DNA of 64,000 nt, from positions 106,966-170,965 of the forward strand of contig CAVUFL010000004.1 of the NCBI GenBank assembly GCA_963740805.1. The letters run 5' to 3'. The translations under genes were made by a program, and so were the position numbers. Positions 1-12,090 of this stretch are shown piece by piece (within the stretch, counting starts at the first letter, position 1; each line of letters begins with the position of its first letter). This DNA comes from an uncultured Alphaproteobacteria bacterium. Its GTDB lineage: Bacteria > Pseudomonadota > Alphaproteobacteria > Rhizobiales > Methyloligellaceae. The notes under the pieces were generated by a model. That model was not told where the DNA came from. It did not search any database and was given only the letters and a program-made list of their open reading frames with translations.

Positions 1-455
1 CGGCGGCGATCTACCCTGGCGGCTTTCCACCGATCTCAAGCAATTCCGCAAGGTGACGCTGGGGAAGCCCGTCATCATGGGCCGGCGCACTTTCATGTCG
101 CTTCCTCGCGTGCTCGATGGCCGGGCCAATATCGTGCTTACCCGAAACGCCGCCTTCGTCGCACCTGGGGCGGTGATGGCCTACAACCTTGAGGAGGCGC
201 TCGACGTGGCGCGCAAAGCAGCTGCGAATGCCGGCGTTGACGAGATCATGGTGATCGGTGGCGACGACGTCTTCCGTGCCGTCATGCCGCTTGCGAAGCG
301 CATCTACCTCACCGAAGTGCACGCCTCGCCCGACGCCGACACCTGGCTCAAGGACTTCAACCTGAAGGATTGGCGCGAGCTCTCCCGCGAAAGGCACGAG
401 CCTGGCCCCAAGGACCAATACCCGTTCAGTTTCGTGCGTCCTGGAACGGCCCTGA
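1..455 (+). CDS. folA: dihydrofolate reductase (5'-truncated by window edge; probable +1 indel near 437)
   Basis: Frame from base 2 reads GGDLPWRLSTDLKQFRKVTLGKPVIMGRRTF...VIGG...IYLTEV. Removing one base near 437 gives the typical end FSFVVLERP* (TGA 453-455); the called ORF runs on to 520. Confidence 0.93.
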
Positions 456-615
456 ACCTCCGTCTTAGGGCGCATTGCGCTTTCATCGCCAACTGCCATA
501 TAACCCCCCAAGAACCCTGACGCATGGCTGCCATCTTCCTGCTGATAGTCGTGCGTTGCCAGCGCTGACCCTGAAGCGGTCGAGCGCCATTCTTCAGCGA
601 CAACAGGATCCCATC

Positions 616-1737
616 ATGCCTTGGAGCAATCAGAGCGGCGGCGGTTGGAAGGGCGGGCCCGGAGGCCCCTGGGGCCCGCGGCCGGGCGGCCCAAACCAGC
701 AGCCTGACCTTGAGGAATTTCTGCGCCGGGGCCAGGACCGCATCCGCCAGGCCATCCCGAGCGGGCGCATGGGCGGACCTTTTGCGGTGATGATCGCCGT
801 GGCGCTCGTGGCGCTGATCGGCTTTTTCGGCTTCACCGTGCGGGTCAATCCTGAAGAGCTCGGCGTGGTGCTCAGATTTGGCGAGTTCGTGCGCCTGCTC
901 CCGCCAGGCCTTAATTTCCGCTGGCCCTATCCGATCGAAGTGGTCGAGCTGCCCAAGGTCACCCGCGTCAATCGCATCGAGCTTGGCATGCGCGGCTCGG
1001 CGGAGAACCGCGAGACATCGACCGCGGTCCGCGACGTTCCGGAAGAGAGCCTGATGCTCACCGGCGACGAGAATATCGTCGATGTCGACTTCGTGGTGTT
1101 CTGGCGCATCAGCGACGCGCCGAAATTCCTGTTCAACATCCAGGATCCCGAGATGACGGTGAAGGATGTCGCCGAAAGCGCCATGCGCGAGATCGTCGGC
1201 CAGAGCGATATCGAGCCTCTCCTCACCGAGGCGCGGGCCAAGACCGAGGCAGCGGTGCAGGCGCTGATGCAGAAGACGCTCGAACTTTATGGCGCCGGCG
1301 TGCAGGTGACCCAGGTCCAGCTCCAGAAGGTCGATCCGCCGGCACAAGTCATCGACGCCTTCCGCGACGTGCAGGCGGCCCGCGCCGACCAGGAGCGGCT
1401 GCAGAACGAGGCGCAGGCCTATGCCAACCGCATCATCCCGGAGGCCAAGGGCGAGGCCGAGCGCATCCTGCAGGCGGCGCAAGGCTATCGCGACAAGGTG
1501 ATCGCCGAATCCCAGGGTGAGGCCGACCGCTTCGTCAAGATCTATCAGCAGTACAAGCTCGCGCCCGACGTGACCCGCCAGCGCATGTTCCTGGAGACCA
1601 TGGAGCGCGTGCTCGCCGACACCGACAAGGTGATCGTGGACGAGAAGGCAGGATCAGGCGTGGTGCCCTACCTGCCTCTGTCGGAATTCAACAAGAAGGC
1701 CCCAGCCCAGGCGCCGGCGGAGGAGAGCCAGCAATGA
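616..1737 (+). CDS. hflK: FtsH protease modulator HflK
   Basis: MPWSNQSGGG N-terminus, TM helix, SPFH domain (LMLTGDENIVDV, VIDAFRDVQAARADQER); precedes hflC. Confidence 0.96.
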   Translation: MPWSNQSGGGWKGGPGGPWGPRPGGPNQQPDLEEFLRRGQDRIRQAIPSGRMGGPFAVMIAVALVALIGFFGFTVRVNPEELGVVLRFGEFVRLLPPGLNFRWPYPIEVVELPKVTRVNRIELGMRGSAENRETSTAVRDVPEESLMLTGDENIVDVDFVVFWRISDAPKFLFNIQDPEMTVKDVAESAMREIVGQSDIEPLLTEARAKTEAAVQALMQKTLELYGAGVQVTQVQLQKVDPPAQVIDAFRDVQAARADQERLQNEAQAYANRIIPEAKGEAERILQAAQGYRDKVIAESQGEADRFVKIYQQYKLAPDVTRQRMFLETMERVLADTDKVIVDEKAGSGVVPYLPLSEFNKKAPAQAPAEESQQ

Positions 1738-2750
1738 ACAGAACCGCTCTCACCACCAGCCTCATTATCCTCGGCATCGCCGCGGTTGTGGCCTATCTGA
1801 CCCTGTTCACGGTGGAACAGACCCAGCAGGCGATCGTGCTCGAATTCGGCAAGCCGAAGCGCGAGATCAAGGACGCAGGGCTGCACTACAAAGTGCCCTT
1901 CATCCAGAACGTCGAATATTTCGACAAGCGCATTCTCGACATCGATACGGCCTCGCAAGAGGTCATCGCCTCCGATCAGAAGCGGCTCGTCGTGGATGCC
2001 TTTGCGCGCTACCGGATCACCGACCCGCTGATGTTCTTCCAGAGCGTGCGCGACGAGTTGATCGCCAATTCGCGGATCGGCGCCATTCTTGAAGCCTCGC
2101 TCCGGCGCGTGCTCGGCGCTGCGAGCTTCCAGTCGGTGGTGCGTGACAAGCGCGAGGCGCTGATGCGCACCATTCTGAGCCAGGTCAATCAGGAAGCGAG
2201 CGGGTTTGGGGTCCAGATCGTCGACGTCCGCATCAAGCGCGTCGACCTGCCTGAAGCCAACATGCAGGCGATCTACCGGCGCATGCAGACTGAACGGCAG
2301 AGACAAGCGGCGGAGTTCCGCGCCGAAGGCGAGGGGGCTGCGCGCCGTATCCGCGCTACCGCCGACCGTCAGGTCACCGTGATCAAGGCCGACGCCACCG
2401 GCGAGTCGGAGCGCATCAGAGGCGACGGCGACGCCCAAAGGAACCGCATCTATGCCGAGGCCTTCAACCAGGATCCCGAGTTCTTCGGCTTCTACCGATC
2501 CATGCAGGCCTATGAAAAGGGTCTGCAAGCCGGCGACACGCGGTTCCTGCTGAGCCCCGACTCAGAATTCTTCAAATATTTCAACGATGCGTCTGGCAAA
2601 ACGCCGCCTCCCGCCAAGTCCGGCGAGCATCCCACCTCGCCGACCGAAACCAAGCCCGCGCCTGAGGCGGCGATGCCACAACCGGCAGAGCCAGAGCCGC
2701 GCGCCGCGGCCTCGGGGGACCCCGGCGCACCGACCCCGCCACCGCAATAG
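1734..2750 (+). CDS. hflC: FtsH protease modulator HflC
   Basis: QAIVLEFGKP, DQKRLVVDAFARYRITDPL, IYRRMQTER, FFGFYRSMQAY motifs; ATGA overlap with hflK; Pro/Ala-rich tail. Confidence 0.96.
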   Translation: MNRTALTTSLIILGIAAVVAYLTLFTVEQTQQAIVLEFGKPKREIKDAGLHYKVPFIQNVEYFDKRILDIDTASQEVIASDQKRLVVDAFARYRITDPLMFFQSVRDELIANSRIGAILEASLRRVLGAASFQSVVRDKREALMRTILSQVNQEASGFGVQIVDVRIKRVDLPEANMQAIYRRMQTERQRQAAEFRAEGEGAARRIRATADRQVTVIKADATGESERIRGDGDAQRNRIYAEAFNQDPEFFGFYRSMQAYEKGLQAGDTRFLLSPDSEFFKYFNDASGKTPPPAKSGEHPTSPTETKPAPEAAMPQPAEPEPRAAASGDPGAPTPPPQ

Positions 2751-2768
2751 GCGGCTGTCACGGGTGTC

Positions 2769-2954
2769 ATGAGCGATCTTGTCGTTGCCATCGGCCTCGT
2801 TCTCGTGATCGAAGGCCTGTTGTGGTCGCTCTTTCCCGGACTCGGGCGAAAGCTGCTTGAGGCTGCAGCCGGCACACCGGAGTCGTCGCTGCGCATGGCC
2901 GGCGCCGTGGCCGTGGCGCTTGGCGTCGCGGTCGTCTGGCTCGTTCGCGGCTAG
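2769..2954 (+). CDS. DUF2065 (YjeT-like) small membrane protein
   Basis: MSDLVVAIGLVLVIEGLLWSLFP...LRMAG pattern; usual position after hflC. Confidence 0.88.
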   Translation: MSDLVVAIGLVLVIEGLLWSLFPGLGRKLLEAAAGTPESSLRMAGAVAVALGVAVVWLVRG

Positions 2955-3036
2955 TCGGCGCGTCGACTCTATGCCAAGCCTTGGCGATTTGCGCTACCAT
3001 GACACGCTTACACCTAAGTAGTCGGGAGCAGTTGAG

Positions 3037-4555
3037 ATGAGCGGGTGGACACGCGGCACTCCGGCGGGGAGATGGGCGTTCATGCCCGCTCGTCTGAAGT
3101 GCCGTCGCGTTCGCGCTTCTCTTTGCCGTCCCGCCGCTGCTCGCCACCGCGGCCCTCGCGCGTGGTCCTGAATCGGTGGCAGGCGTCGCCGAAGGCCTCC
3201 AGGATACCGTGGTCAATATCTCTACCACCCAGACGCTAAAAGGGAGCGCCGAGAAGACCGAGCCGCCAGGCCCCGGACCGAAAGGCTCGCCCTTCGAGGA
3301 GTTCTTCAACGACTTCTTCGACGAGCAGGACAAGGAGGGGCTGCCCCGCAAGGTGAGCTCGCTCGGCTCGGGCTTTGTCGTCGATCCCTCGGGGCTGATC
3401 GTCACCAACAATCACGTCATCGAAGGCGCCGACGAGATCATCGTCAATTTCACCGACGGCACCAAGCTGAAGGTGACCAAGATCCTCGGTCATGATCCCA
3501 AGACCGACCTCGCGCTGCTCAAGGTCGAGCCGAAACAGCCGCTTAAGGCCGCGCGCTTCGGCGACTCCTCAAAGATGCGGGTGGGGGATTGGGTCATGGC
3601 CATCGGCAACCCCTTCGGCCTCGGCGGCACCGTGACCGTCGGGATCATCTCGGCCACCAAGCGCGACATCAACTCGGGGCCTTACGACGATTTCCTGCAG
3701 ACCGACGCCGCCATCAACCGCGGCAATTCCGGCGGCCCGCTGTTCAACATGGACGGCGAGGTCATCGGCGTGAACACCGCCATCATCTCGCCGACCGGCG
3801 GCTCGATCGGCATCGGTTTTGCTGTGCCGTCGAACAGCGCCGTGCAGGTCGTCGACCAGCTGAAGGAATACGGCGAGACCAGGCGGGGCTGGCTCGGCGT
3901 GCATGTGCAGAACGTGACCGGCGAAATCGCCACGAGCATGGGATTGCAGGAGCCGGTCGGGGCCCTCGTCGCCAGCGTCGCACCCGGTAGCCCGGCCGAT
4001 ACCGCTGGGCTGAAGCCGAGCGACATCATCCTCAAATTTGACGGCCAGCCGGTCGAGACCATGCGCAGCCTGCCGAAGGCGGTTGCCTCCACGCCCATCG
4101 GCAAACCCGTCGACATCGAGGTCCAGCGTGCCGGCGAGGTGCTCCACCTTACCGTGACGGTTGGCAGGCTTCCCGAGGAAGCCGAGAAAGCCGAGAAAGC
4201 CGAAGCTGAGGCCGAGCCAAGCCCCGATGTCGATGAGCCGGAGGATGAGCCCGATCATGAAGAGCTGCTCGGCCTCTCGATCGCCCCGCTCACCGAGGAG
4301 CTGCGCGGCCAGTTCCATATCGGCAAGAGCGTCGAAGGCGTGGTGATCACCGATGTCGACGCCAACAGCCCGGCGGCGCTGAAGGACGTGAAGCCGGGCG
4401 ATGTCATCGTCGAGGTCACCCAGGAACGGGTGAAGGATCCAGGCGAAGTCGTGGCCAGGGTCGCGGCGGTGAAGAAGTCGGGCCGAAAGTCGGTGTTATT
4501 GCTGATCTCCGATGCCAAGGGTGGGCTCCGCTTCGTGGCCGTGCCCGTCGCCTAA
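3037..4555 (+). CDS. DegQ/DegP (HtrA) periplasmic serine protease with two PDZ domains; signal peptide split by a probable indel near 3100
   Basis: SLGSGFV, TNNHVI, DLALLK, TDAAINRGNSGGPL catalytic motifs and two PDZ domains. Signal-like AVAFALLFAVPPLLATAALA-RGPES lies in frame upstream of 3176 but joins ATG 3037 only through a one-base shift. Confidence 0.92.
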
Positions 4556-4573
4556 AGATACAGGCTGATCCCC

Positions 4574-5494
4574 GTGCCGGTGCAGGCCGTCTTGATCGCA
4601 GGCCCGACGGCGAGCGGCAAATCCGGTGTCGCCCTCGAGCTTGCCTGCGGTCTCGGCGGCAGCGTCATCAATGCCAATTCCATGCAAGTCTATCGCGAGC
4701 TTCGCGTGATTACGGCGCGGCCGAGTGAGAGCGAAGAGGCTCGCGCGCCCCATCGCCTCTACGGCACCGTCTCAGCCGCCGAGTCCTGTTCCGTCGGCCG
4801 TTGGCTCGACGACGTCGCCGGTGTCTTGGCGGAAGCGCAAGGGGAGGGCAGGTTGCCGATCCTGGTCGGCGGCACGGGCCTCTATTTCAAGGCGCTGACC
4901 GAGGGGCTTGCGCCGGTTCCCGATATTCCCGCCGAGGTACGCTCCTATTGGCGGGAACAAGCCGCCGAGCTGAGCCGTGAGGCCCTGCATCGCGAGCTTG
5001 CCGCACGCGATCCCGCCATGGCGGCGAGGCTCAAGCCCGCCGATCCGCAACGCATCGTGCGCGCTCTCGAGGTGATCGACGCAACGGGCGTCTCACTCGC
5101 TGAATGGCAGGGAGGAAAGTCGAGCCCGCTGCTCGCGCCACGCGACGTTCTGCGTCTCGTCATTGCCCCGGAGCGTGAGCCGCTTTACGCCGCAATCGAT
5201 GCCCGCTTCGATCGCATGATCGAGGAGGGCGCAATCGAAGAGGTGCGCGCGCTCCTCGATCTCGAGCTCGATCCCGGACTTCCTGCGATGCGGGCGCACG
5301 GCGTGCGCGAACTCGCGGCGTATCTTTCCGGCGCCATCAGCCGCGAAGACGCGGTGGCGAAGGCCAAGACCGAGAGCCGCCGCTACGCCAAGCGCCAGAT
5401 GACGTGGCTGCGGCGCTTCATGTCCGATTGGCAGTGGTTTCCCGATGCCGAAGCTGCCATCGAGGCGGCAAGCGCGGTAACCGCTACACGGTGA
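4574..5494 (+). CDS. miaA: tRNA dimethylallyltransferase
   Basis: [35 protein letters not shown] motifs. Confidence 0.96.
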   Translation: MPVQAVLIAGPTASGKSGVALELACGLGGSVINANSMQVYRELRVITARPSESEEARAPHRLYGTVSAAESCSVGRWLDDVAGVLAEAQGEGRLPILVGGTGLYFKALTEGLAPVPDIPAEVRSYWREQAAELSREALHRELAARDPAMAARLKPADPQRIVRALEVIDATGVSLAEWQGGKSSPLLAPRDVLRLVIAPEREPLYAAIDARFDRMIEEGAIEEVRALLDLELDPGLPAMRAHGVRELAAYLSGAISREDAVAKAKTESRRYAKRQMTWLRRFMSDWQWFPDAEAAIEAASAVTATR

Positions 5495-7397
5495 CTTGCG
5501 TGCCGATCTCGACCACGCGGTCGGTGGGCAGTTGGAAATAGCTCGACGCATCGTCGGCGTTTTGCGCAAGAAAGATGAACAGCCTGTCCTGCCATGCCGG
5601 CATGCCGGAACGTGGGTCAGGCCGCACCGAGCGCCGCGACAGGAAGAACGACGTGGACATGATGTCGAAGGTCCAGCCGAGCTTCCGCGCGATGGCGAGC
5701 GCCTTCGGCACATTCGGCGCTTCCATGAAGCCGTAATGCAGCACGACGCGCATGAAACTCTCGCCAAGCGGCTCGATCTCAACGCGGTCCTTGGCGGCGA
5801 TCCTCGGGACGCTCTCCGTGACGATGGTGAGGATCACATTGTTCGTGTGCAGCACCTTGTAGTGCTTCAGGCTATGCAGCAGCGCCGTCGGCGCGCTGTC
5901 CGGCGTGGCGGTCAGGAACACGGCGGTCCCCGGCACCCGCGGCTTGGGACTCTTCTCCAGGGACTCGATGAGCGAGTCGATGGGCGTCTCCAGCCGCCGC
6001 GTCTTGGCGCTGAGGATCCTCGATCCCCGCCGCCAGGTCAGCATGACGATCATCACCAGGCCGCCGATCAGCAGCGGCACCCAGCCGCCATGGAACACCT
6101 TGAGCATATTGGCGGTGAGGAAGGTGGTATCGATGAACAGGAAGGGGAGCATCAACGCTGCCGCAGCCCAAAGCGGCCACTTCCAGACCTTCCAGATCAC
6201 GACCAAGGCCATTGCCGCCGTCACCACCATGGTGGCGGTGACGGCGATGCCATAGGCGGAAGCCAACGCGCTCGACGATCTGAATTGCGCGACGAGAAAC
6301 AACACGCCGACTAGGAGCATGCCGTTGATGCGTGGGATGTAGATTTGCCCGGCCTGGGTCTCGGAGGTTCGCTGGATGTGGACGCGGGGCAGGAGACCGA
6401 GCTGCACGGCCTGGTTGGTGAGCGAGAAGGCGCCGCTGATGACGGCCTGGCTCGCGATGATGGTTGCAGCGGTGGCGAGCCCCACCATGGGAAGCAGCGC
6501 CCAGTCCGGATAGAGCAGATAGAAGGGGTTCTCGATAGCCTCCGGGTTGGCAAGCAGTAATGCGCCCTGGCCGAGATAATTGAGGGTCAGCGCCGGCAAG
6601 GCAACGCTGAGCCACGCCGTCTGAATTGGGCCTCTGCCGAAATGACCGAGATCGGCGTAAAGCGCCTCGGACCCGGTGACCACGAGGAACACTGCGCCGA
6701 GCGTGGCGAGCCCGATCACTCCATGAGTGGCGAGAAACGACAGGCCGTAGGCTGGATTGAACGCGGCGAACACGCGCGGGTTCTCTCCGATGTGCCAGGC
6801 TCCGGCGATGGCGATGGCGATGAACCAGACAAGCGTAATTGGACCGAAAAACGTGGCGACTCTTGCCGTGCCGCGCGACTGGACGGCGAATAAACCGAAC
6901 AGGATCAATATGCTAAGCGGAACGACATATTCGTCCAGAGCCGGGGTCACGACCTTGAGGCCTTCCACCGCCGACAGCACCGAGATCGCCGGCGTGATCA
7001 GTGCGTCGCCGTAGAATAGGGCAGCGCCAATAATGCCGAGCAGGATGATGGTGAGGCTCTTGCCTCCGAGCGCCCGATTGGCGAGCGCCATCATCGCAAG
7101 CGTTCCGCCTTCGCCATCGTTGTCGGCGCGGAGCAGGATCAGCACATATTTTACGGTGACGATGAGGATCAGCGCCCACACGATGAGCGACAGAATACCG
7201 AGGATCACCGGCTCGCTTGCGGCCTGGCCGCCGCTCGTGGCGGCAAGCACGGATTCGCGCATGGCGTAGAGCGGGCTCGTGCCGATATCGCCATAGACGA
7301 CGCCGATGCAGCCGAGCGTCAGGCCCCAAAAATTGCGGCGTGCAGCCTCAGCACTCGAGCCGTTGGCGGCGATAGTTCCTGTCGGTGCTTGCGGCAT
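5484..7397 (-). CDS. kup: potassium uptake transporter Kup (copy 2)
   Basis: [39 protein letters not shown] motifs; multi-TM plus cytoplasmic C-domain. Confidence 0.96.
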   Translation of the reverse strand: MPQAPTGTIAANGSSAEAARRNFWGLTLGCIGVVYGDIGTSPLYAMRESVLAATSGGQAASEPVILGILSLIVWALILIVTVKYVLILLRADNDGEGGTLAMMALANRALGGKSLTIILLGIIGAALFYGDALITPAISVLSAVEGLKVVTPALDEYVVPLSILILFGLFAVQSRGTARVATFFGPITLVWFIAIAIAGAWHIGENPRVFAAFNPAYGLSFLATHGVIGLATLGAVFLVVTGSEALYADLGHFGRGPIQTAWLSVALPALTLNYLGQGALLLANPEAIENPFYLLYPDWALLPMVGLATAATIIASQAVISGAFSLTNQAVQLGLLPRVHIQRTSETQAGQIYIPRINGMLLVGVLFLVAQFRSSSALASAYGIAVTATMVVTAAMALVVIWKVWKWPLWAAAALMLPFLFIDTTFLTANMLKVFHGGWVPLLIGGLVMIVMLTWRRGSRILSAKTRRLETPIDSLIESLEKSPKPRVPGTAVFLTATPDSAPTALLHSLKHYKVLHTNNVILTIVTESVPRIAAKDRVEIEPLGESFMRVVLHYGFMEAPNVPKALAIARKLGWTFDIMSTSFFLSRRSVRPDPRSGMPAWQDRLFIFLAQNADDASSYFQLPTDRVVEIGTQVTV

Positions 7398-7490
7398 GTG
7401 GAGAGGATGAGGGTCTATCTAGCGACCCTAGTCACGGCTTGTGACCATTGTCCAATTGATCCGGAGGCGCGCCAGTCAGCGGGGCGGGGT

Positions 7491-9410
7491 CTAAACGGTG
7501 ACTTGCGTGCCGATCTCGACCACCCGGTCGGTCGGCAATTGGAAATAGCTCGACGCGTCGTCGGCGTTTTGCGCAAGGAAGATGAATAGCCTGTCCTGCC
7601 AGGCCGGCATGCCTGATCTGGCGTCTGGCCGGACCGAGCGTCGCGACAGGAAGAACGAGGTCGACATGATGTCGAAGGTCCAGCCAAGCTTCCGCGCGAT
7701 GGCAAGCGCCTTCGGGATGTTAGGCGTCTCCATGAACCCGAAATGCAGGATCAAGCGCATGAACCCGTCGCCGAGCGGCTCCATCTCCACGCGGTCCTGC
7801 GGAGCGACCCGCGGGATGTTCTCGGTGACGATGGTGAGGATCACATTGTTCTCGTGCAGCACCTTGTAGTGCTTGAGGCTGTGCAGCAGCGCGGTGGGCG
7901 CGCTTTCCGGAGCCGCGGTAAGGAACACGGCGGTGCCGGGTACGCGCGGAGGCTTGCTCTTCTCCAACGAATGGATCAGGAGGTCGAGAGGCGTTTCCAG
8001 GCGCCGCGTCTTGGCGGCGAGGATATTCGCTCCGCGCCGCCAGGTGAGCATGACCAGGAGCAGACAGACGCCGATCGTGAGCGGCACCCACCCGCCATGC
8101 AGCACCTTGAGCAGGTTGGCGGTGAGGAAGGTCGTGTCGATCAGGATGAAGGGGACCATCAGCAGAAGCGCCCCCCACAGGGCCCATTTCCACACCCGCC
8201 AGATCACGATGAAGGCCATCACGCCATCGACCAGCATGGTGCCGGCGACCGCCACGCCATAGGCCGAGGCGAGTCCGTCGGAAGACCTGAACAGCACCAC
8301 AAGCAGGAGCGTGCCGACCAGCAACAGTCCCCTGATGCGCGGAATGTAGATCTGGCCTGCTTGCGTCTCCGACGTGCGCCTGATCTGCAGGCGGGGCAGC
8401 AGCCCGAGCTGTACGGCCTGATTGGTGAGCGAAAAGGCTCCGGTGATGACGGCTTGACTTGCAATCACCGTGGCCGCGGTGGCGAGCGCGATCATCGGGT
8501 AGAGCGCCCATGACGGCACCATCCGGTAGAACGGGTTTGCAATCGCCGTCGGGTCCGACAGCACGAGCGAGCCTTGTCCGAGATAATTGAGGGCAAGGGC
8601 CGGCAGCACGAAATAGAGCCAGGCTGTCTGAATGGGCTTGCGTCCGAAATGGCCGAGGTCGGCGTAGAGCGCCTCGGCGCCGGTAACGGCAAGGAAGACC
8701 GCGCCGAGCGTCACCAGCCCGATGGTGCCGTGCGTCGCCAGGAAGGCAACGGCATAGGCCGGATTGAAGGCGTTGAGCACGCCGGGGTCGTCGGCGATGT
8801 GCAGGAGGCCGACGACGCCGAGCGCCAGAAACCACAATGTCATCACCGGGCCGAAAAACGCCGCGACGTGAGCGGTGCCGCGCGACTGCACGGCAAAGAG
8901 CGCGATCAGGATCAGAACCGTGAGCGGCACCACGTAGCTCTGCAGCTGCGGGGCCGCCACCTCCAAGCCTTCGACCGCCGACAGCACCGAAATGGCCGGG
9001 GTGAGCAGCGCATCGCCGTAAAACAAGGACGCGGCGATCATGCCGAGGACCAGGACCACGAACTGCGCGTGGCGGGATTTCAGGGCGCGCTGAGCGAGCG
9101 CCATCAGGGACAATGTGCCGCCTTCACCCTTGTTGTCGGCGCGAAGCAGGATGAGCACATATTTGGCGGTGACGACGAGGAAGAGGGCCCACAGGATCAG
9201 CGACAACACGCCGATGACTGTGGCGCGGGACAGATCGCCCTGCGAGCCGCCGGCGGCATCGAGCGCGACGCGGAACGCATAGAGAGGACTGGTGCCGATG
9301 TCGCCGTAAACGACACCCATGCAGCCAAGCGTCAGCGGCCAAAATGTTCGCCGCTGCGCCTCGCTGTCGGTACCGGTTACAGCAGAAGTTTCGCTGAGGG
9401 CCCGCGCCAT
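7491..9410 (-). CDS. kup: potassium uptake transporter Kup (copy 1)
   Basis: Same Kup signature motifs; tandem paralog. Confidence 0.96.
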   Translation of the reverse strand: MARALSETSAVTGTDSEAQRRTFWPLTLGCMGVVYGDIGTSPLYAFRVALDAAGGSQGDLSRATVIGVLSLILWALFLVVTAKYVLILLRADNKGEGGTLSLMALAQRALKSRHAQFVVLVLGMIAASLFYGDALLTPAISVLSAVEGLEVAAPQLQSYVVPLTVLILIALFAVQSRGTAHVAAFFGPVMTLWFLALGVVGLLHIADDPGVLNAFNPAYAVAFLATHGTIGLVTLGAVFLAVTGAEALYADLGHFGRKPIQTAWLYFVLPALALNYLGQGSLVLSDPTAIANPFYRMVPSWALYPMIALATAATVIASQAVITGAFSLTNQAVQLGLLPRLQIRRTSETQAGQIYIPRIRGLLLVGTLLLVVLFRSSDGLASAYGVAVAGTMLVDGVMAFIVIWRVWKWALWGALLLMVPFILIDTTFLTANLLKVLHGGWVPLTIGVCLLLVMLTWRRGANILAAKTRRLETPLDLLIHSLEKSKPPRVPGTAVFLTAAPESAPTALLHSLKHYKVLHENNVILTIVTENIPRVAPQDRVEMEPLGDGFMRLILHFGFMETPNIPKALAIARKLGWTFDIMSTSFFLSRRSVRPDARSGMPAWQDRLFIFLAQNADDASSYFQLPTDRVVEIGTQVTV

Positions 9411-9778
9411 TCCACTCAGAAATTCAGGATGGGAGGACGTTACAAAGGCTGACGGTTAACGCCCACAGGGCGGACGCGATCCATTGTGCGGATGCACATA
9501 GGCGCAATGGGAAGGAATGTCTAGGTGGGTAACCGTTGACTTGTGCCAAGGGCCAATAAGGGCCAGCTCAACGCCAAAGTAATAAAATTGCGTCAGATTG
9601 GACAAATTGAAATGTTCAGAAAGAGAGATGGCACCAAATTTTTCATTCATTTGCATTTAACGTTGACCCTCTGACTTCGAAGCCTTAGGGTCGCGCCGCA
9701 TTTGGGCCTTCCCCGAGATTTTGACCGGAACTGGACACGCAAGGCCGGCAAGCCGAGCGAGAGTTGAGAGACGTATAA

Positions 9779-11545
9779 ATGTCACGCGCAATGACTGGCG
9801 CCGAGATGGTGCTGCAAGCCCTGGCCGACCAAGGGGTCGAGGTTATTTTCGGCTACCCCGGCGGCGCGGTGCTTCCGATCTATGACGAGCTGTTCAAGCA
9901 GAAGCGGCTGAAGCACATTCTCGTCCGCCACGAGCAGGGCGCTGTCCACGCCGCCGAAGGCTATGCCCGCTCGACCGGCAAGGTCGGCTGCGTGCTTGTC
10001 ACCTCTGGGCCAGGCGCCACCAACGCCGTCACCGGCCTGACCGACGCGCTGATGGATTCGATCCCCATCGTCTGCATCACCGGCCAGGTGCCGACCCATC
10101 TGATCGGCAACGACGCATTCCAGGAATGCGACACCGTCGGCATCACTAGGCCTTGCACCAAGCACAATTATCTCGTGAAGGACGTGAACAATCTGAGCCG
10201 CGTTCTGCATGAGGCGTTTTACGTCGCGCGCACCGGCCGCCCCGGACCGGTGGTCGTGGACATCCCCAAGGACATCCAGTTCGCCAAAGGCCTCTATACC
10301 GGCCTCACCAACTCGCAGCACAAGAGCTACCGGCCGCAAGTCGATGGCGACGAGCGGGCGGTGGCGGCCGCTATCGACCTCATCGCCAATGCCAAGCGCC
10401 CGATCTTCTACACCGGCGGCGGCATCATCAATTCCGGCCCCGAGGCGAGCAAGCGCTTGCGCGAATTCGTGCACATGACCGGTTATCCCATTACCTCGAC
10501 CCTGATGGGGCTCGGCGCTTATCCCGCGTCCGACCCGCAATGGCTCGGCATGCTCGGCATGCACGGCACCTACGAGGCCAACAACGCCATGCACGATTGC
10601 GACGTGATGATCTGCATCGGCGCGCGCTTCGACGACCGCATCACCGGTAGGGTCGACGCCTTTTCGCCAGGGTCGAAGAAGATCCACGTCGATATCGACC
10701 GCTCCTCGATCAACAAGAACGTGCATGTCGACCTGCCCATCGTCGGCGACTGCGCCCGCGTGCTCGAGCAGATGATCGAAGGTTGGAAGGCGAAGAAGCC
10801 GAAGGTCGACAAGGCGGCGCTGAAGGCGTGGTGGGCAGAGATCGACCATTGGCGCGCGCGGAAATGCCTGCACTATCGCAAGCGCGACGACGTGATCATG
10901 CCGCAATACGCGATCGAGCGGCTTTACGCGCTGACCCGCGGCCACGACACCTACATCACCACGGAAGTCGGCCAGCACCAGATGTGGGCGGCGCAGTTCT
11001 TCAAGTTCGAGGAGCCGAACCACTGGATGACGTCAGGTGGTCTCGGCACCATGGGCTATGGCTTGCCGTCTGCGGTCGGCGTGCAGGTGGCGCACCCTGA
11101 CTCGCTCGTCATCGACATCGCCGGCGAAGCCTCGGTGCTGATGACCATGCAGGAGATGTCGACGGCGGCGCAGTACGACCTGCCGATCAAGATCTTCATC
11201 ATCAACAACGAATATATGGGCATGGTGCGCCAGTGGCAGGAACTGCTGCATGGCGGCCGCTACTCGCATTCCTACACCGCGGCGCTGCCCGATTTCGTCA
11301 AATTGGCCGAAGCCTATCAAGGCGTCGGCATCCGCGCCGAGAAGCCGTCAGAGCTCGACGACGCCATTCGCGAGATGATCGCGGTCAAGCGGCCGGTGAT
11401 CTTCGACTGCCGCGTCGACAAGCACGCCAATTGCTTCCCGATGATCCCGAGCGGCGAGGCCCACAACCACATGCTGATGGGCGACGACTTGACCGAAGAG
11501 GACCTCGAGAACGCCATCACCGAAGAAGGCAAGGTGATGGTGTAA
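9779..11545 (+). CDS. ilvI: acetolactate synthase large subunit
   Basis: FGYPGGAVLPIYD, VRHEQGAVH, TSGPGATN, GLGTMGYGLP, NNEYMGMVRQWQ. Confidence 0.96.
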   Translation: MSRAMTGAEMVLQALADQGVEVIFGYPGGAVLPIYDELFKQKRLKHILVRHEQGAVHAAEGYARSTGKVGCVLVTSGPGATNAVTGLTDALMDSIPIVCITGQVPTHLIGNDAFQECDTVGITRPCTKHNYLVKDVNNLSRVLHEAFYVARTGRPGPVVVDIPKDIQFAKGLYTGLTNSQHKSYRPQVDGDERAVAAAIDLIANAKRPIFYTGGGIINSGPEASKRLREFVHMTGYPITSTLMGLGAYPASDPQWLGMLGMHGTYEANNAMHDCDVMICIGARFDDRITGRVDAFSPGSKKIHVDIDRSSINKNVHVDLPIVGDCARVLEQMIEGWKAKKPKVDKAALKAWWAEIDHWRARKCLHYRKRDDVIMPQYAIERLYALTRGHDTYITTEVGQHQMWAAQFFKFEEPNHWMTSGGLGTMGYGLPSAVGVQVAHPDSLVIDIAGEASVLMTMQEMSTAAQYDLPIKIFIINNEYMGMVRQWQELLHGGRYSHSYTAALPDFVKLAEAYQGVGIRAEKPSELDDAIREMIAVKRPVIFDCRVDKHANCFPMIPSGEAHNHMLMGDDLTEEDLENAITEEGKVMV

Positions 11546-12063
11546 TGGACGCGCATAAACTCCTCACATTCTTCCTTAGCCTCAGAGCCATCATGCTGAT
11601 CGGCTCTGCGGGAGCGATGCTGGGCGCGTTGCTCATGTTCCTGCAAGGCGGCTTCTATCTGCACGAGGCCTGGCACACACTCATGACCGCGGGCGACGCC
11701 GCGCAAAGGCAGGTCACGGTGCCGGTGCTTGAAGCGGTGGATTCCTTCCTGTTCGGCATCGTGCTCGTGATCTTCGCCTATGGCATCGCCATCGGCTTCG
11801 TCTTCACTCTGCCGGAGGGCTATGGCGGCCGGCTGCCGATCTGGATGAAAGTCGGCGGCGTCGGTCAGCTCAAGGCGACGTTGGCCGAGGTCGTCATCGT
11901 GGTTTTGATCGTGATCTTCGCCCGCATCGTGGTGGAGGCCAACGGTCATTTGCAATGGTCGATGCTGGTGCTGCCTGCCTCGATCCTGATGATCTCGGGG
12001 GCGCTCCGCATGATCGAGCTTGGCGGCAAAGAAGGAGCAAAGGAGGACGATGCCGCGCATTAG
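11545..12063 (+). CDS. YqhA/UPF0114 family membrane protein
   Basis: TAATG overlap with ilvI stop; four TM helices, VLEAVDSFLFGIVLVIFAYG and LKATLAEVVIVVLIV motifs. Confidence 0.8.
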   Translation: MDAHKLLTFFLSLRAIMLIGSAGAMLGALLMFLQGGFYLHEAWHTLMTAGDAAQRQVTVPVLEAVDSFLFGIVLVIFAYGIAIGFVFTLPEGYGGRLPIWMKVGGVGQLKATLAEVVIVVLIVIFARIVVEANGHLQWSMLVLPASILMISGALRMIELGGKEGAKEDDAAH

Positions 12064-12090
12064 CGCGGCCATCGCTCGGAGCGGAACGGA

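Noticed and set aside
9420-9778. Possible ilv attenuator or leader peptide in the AT-rich kup-ilvI gap
   Set aside because: No short Ile/Leu/Val-rich ORF or terminator found; probably just divergent promoters, which I cannot place reliably.
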